A stretch of DNA of 64,000 nt, from NCBI RefSeq assembly GCF_006345805.1, contig NC_043012.1, positions 36,394,001 to 36,458,000 of the forward strand, given 5' to 3'. The stretch comes from Octopus sinensis. Its lineage: Eukaryota. The number at the start of each line of letters is the position of its first letter. Positions within the stretch are counted from its first letter, which is position 1. The notes beneath the pieces are model-generated. The model saw nothing but the letters and a program-made list of their open reading frames with translations, was not told the origin of the DNA and did not search any database. Of the stretch, positions 63,881 to 64,000 are shown in pieces. The translations under genes were made by a program, and so were the position numbers.

Positions 63881-64000
63881 CTAGAGTGTAAAGATTACAT
63901 GTAAGAGGGGACAGCTGACCAATAATATATTTGTGGGCACATTACATCAAAATCAAATTACATTTAAATGGAAATTGTAGTTGGGATCCCCATGCTGGTG

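Overview
This is AT-rich, repeat-saturated animal DNA. The SINE families and microsatellite load suggest an octopus or other coleoid cephalopod (inference, not verified). The one gene I can identify is SLC35B4 (UDP-xylose/UDP-GlcNAc transporter) on the minus strand: coding exon 1 at 34860-34936 and exon 2 at 20874-20987, neither of which is in the ORF track. Intron 1 is about 13.9 kb and intron 2 runs off the left edge. Its 5' end lies in a transposon-poor, CpG-retaining zone (about 32.4-43.9 kb) that probably also drives an unidentified divergent plus-strand gene with candidate alternative first exons. The rest is tRNA-derived SINEs, RTE LINE 3' ends, an R4/Dong-like fragment, Tc1 and DD37D transposase remnants, piggyBac and hAT MITEs, Helentron-type (HINE/DINE-1-like) elements, fold-backs and micro/minisatellites. 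The most notable observations are: (1) four degenerate minimal hammerhead-ribozyme motifs, two of them downstream of Pol III/tRNA-like promoters; (2) a nested near-palindrome of about 1.37 kb in the SLC35B4 intron; (3) one motif in the RTE 3'UTR that has repeatedly spawned tandem arrays with 26-bp and 63-bp units; (4) templated inverted insertions. Nearly all long ORFs in the supplied track are repeat artefacts, and there is no CRISPR array.
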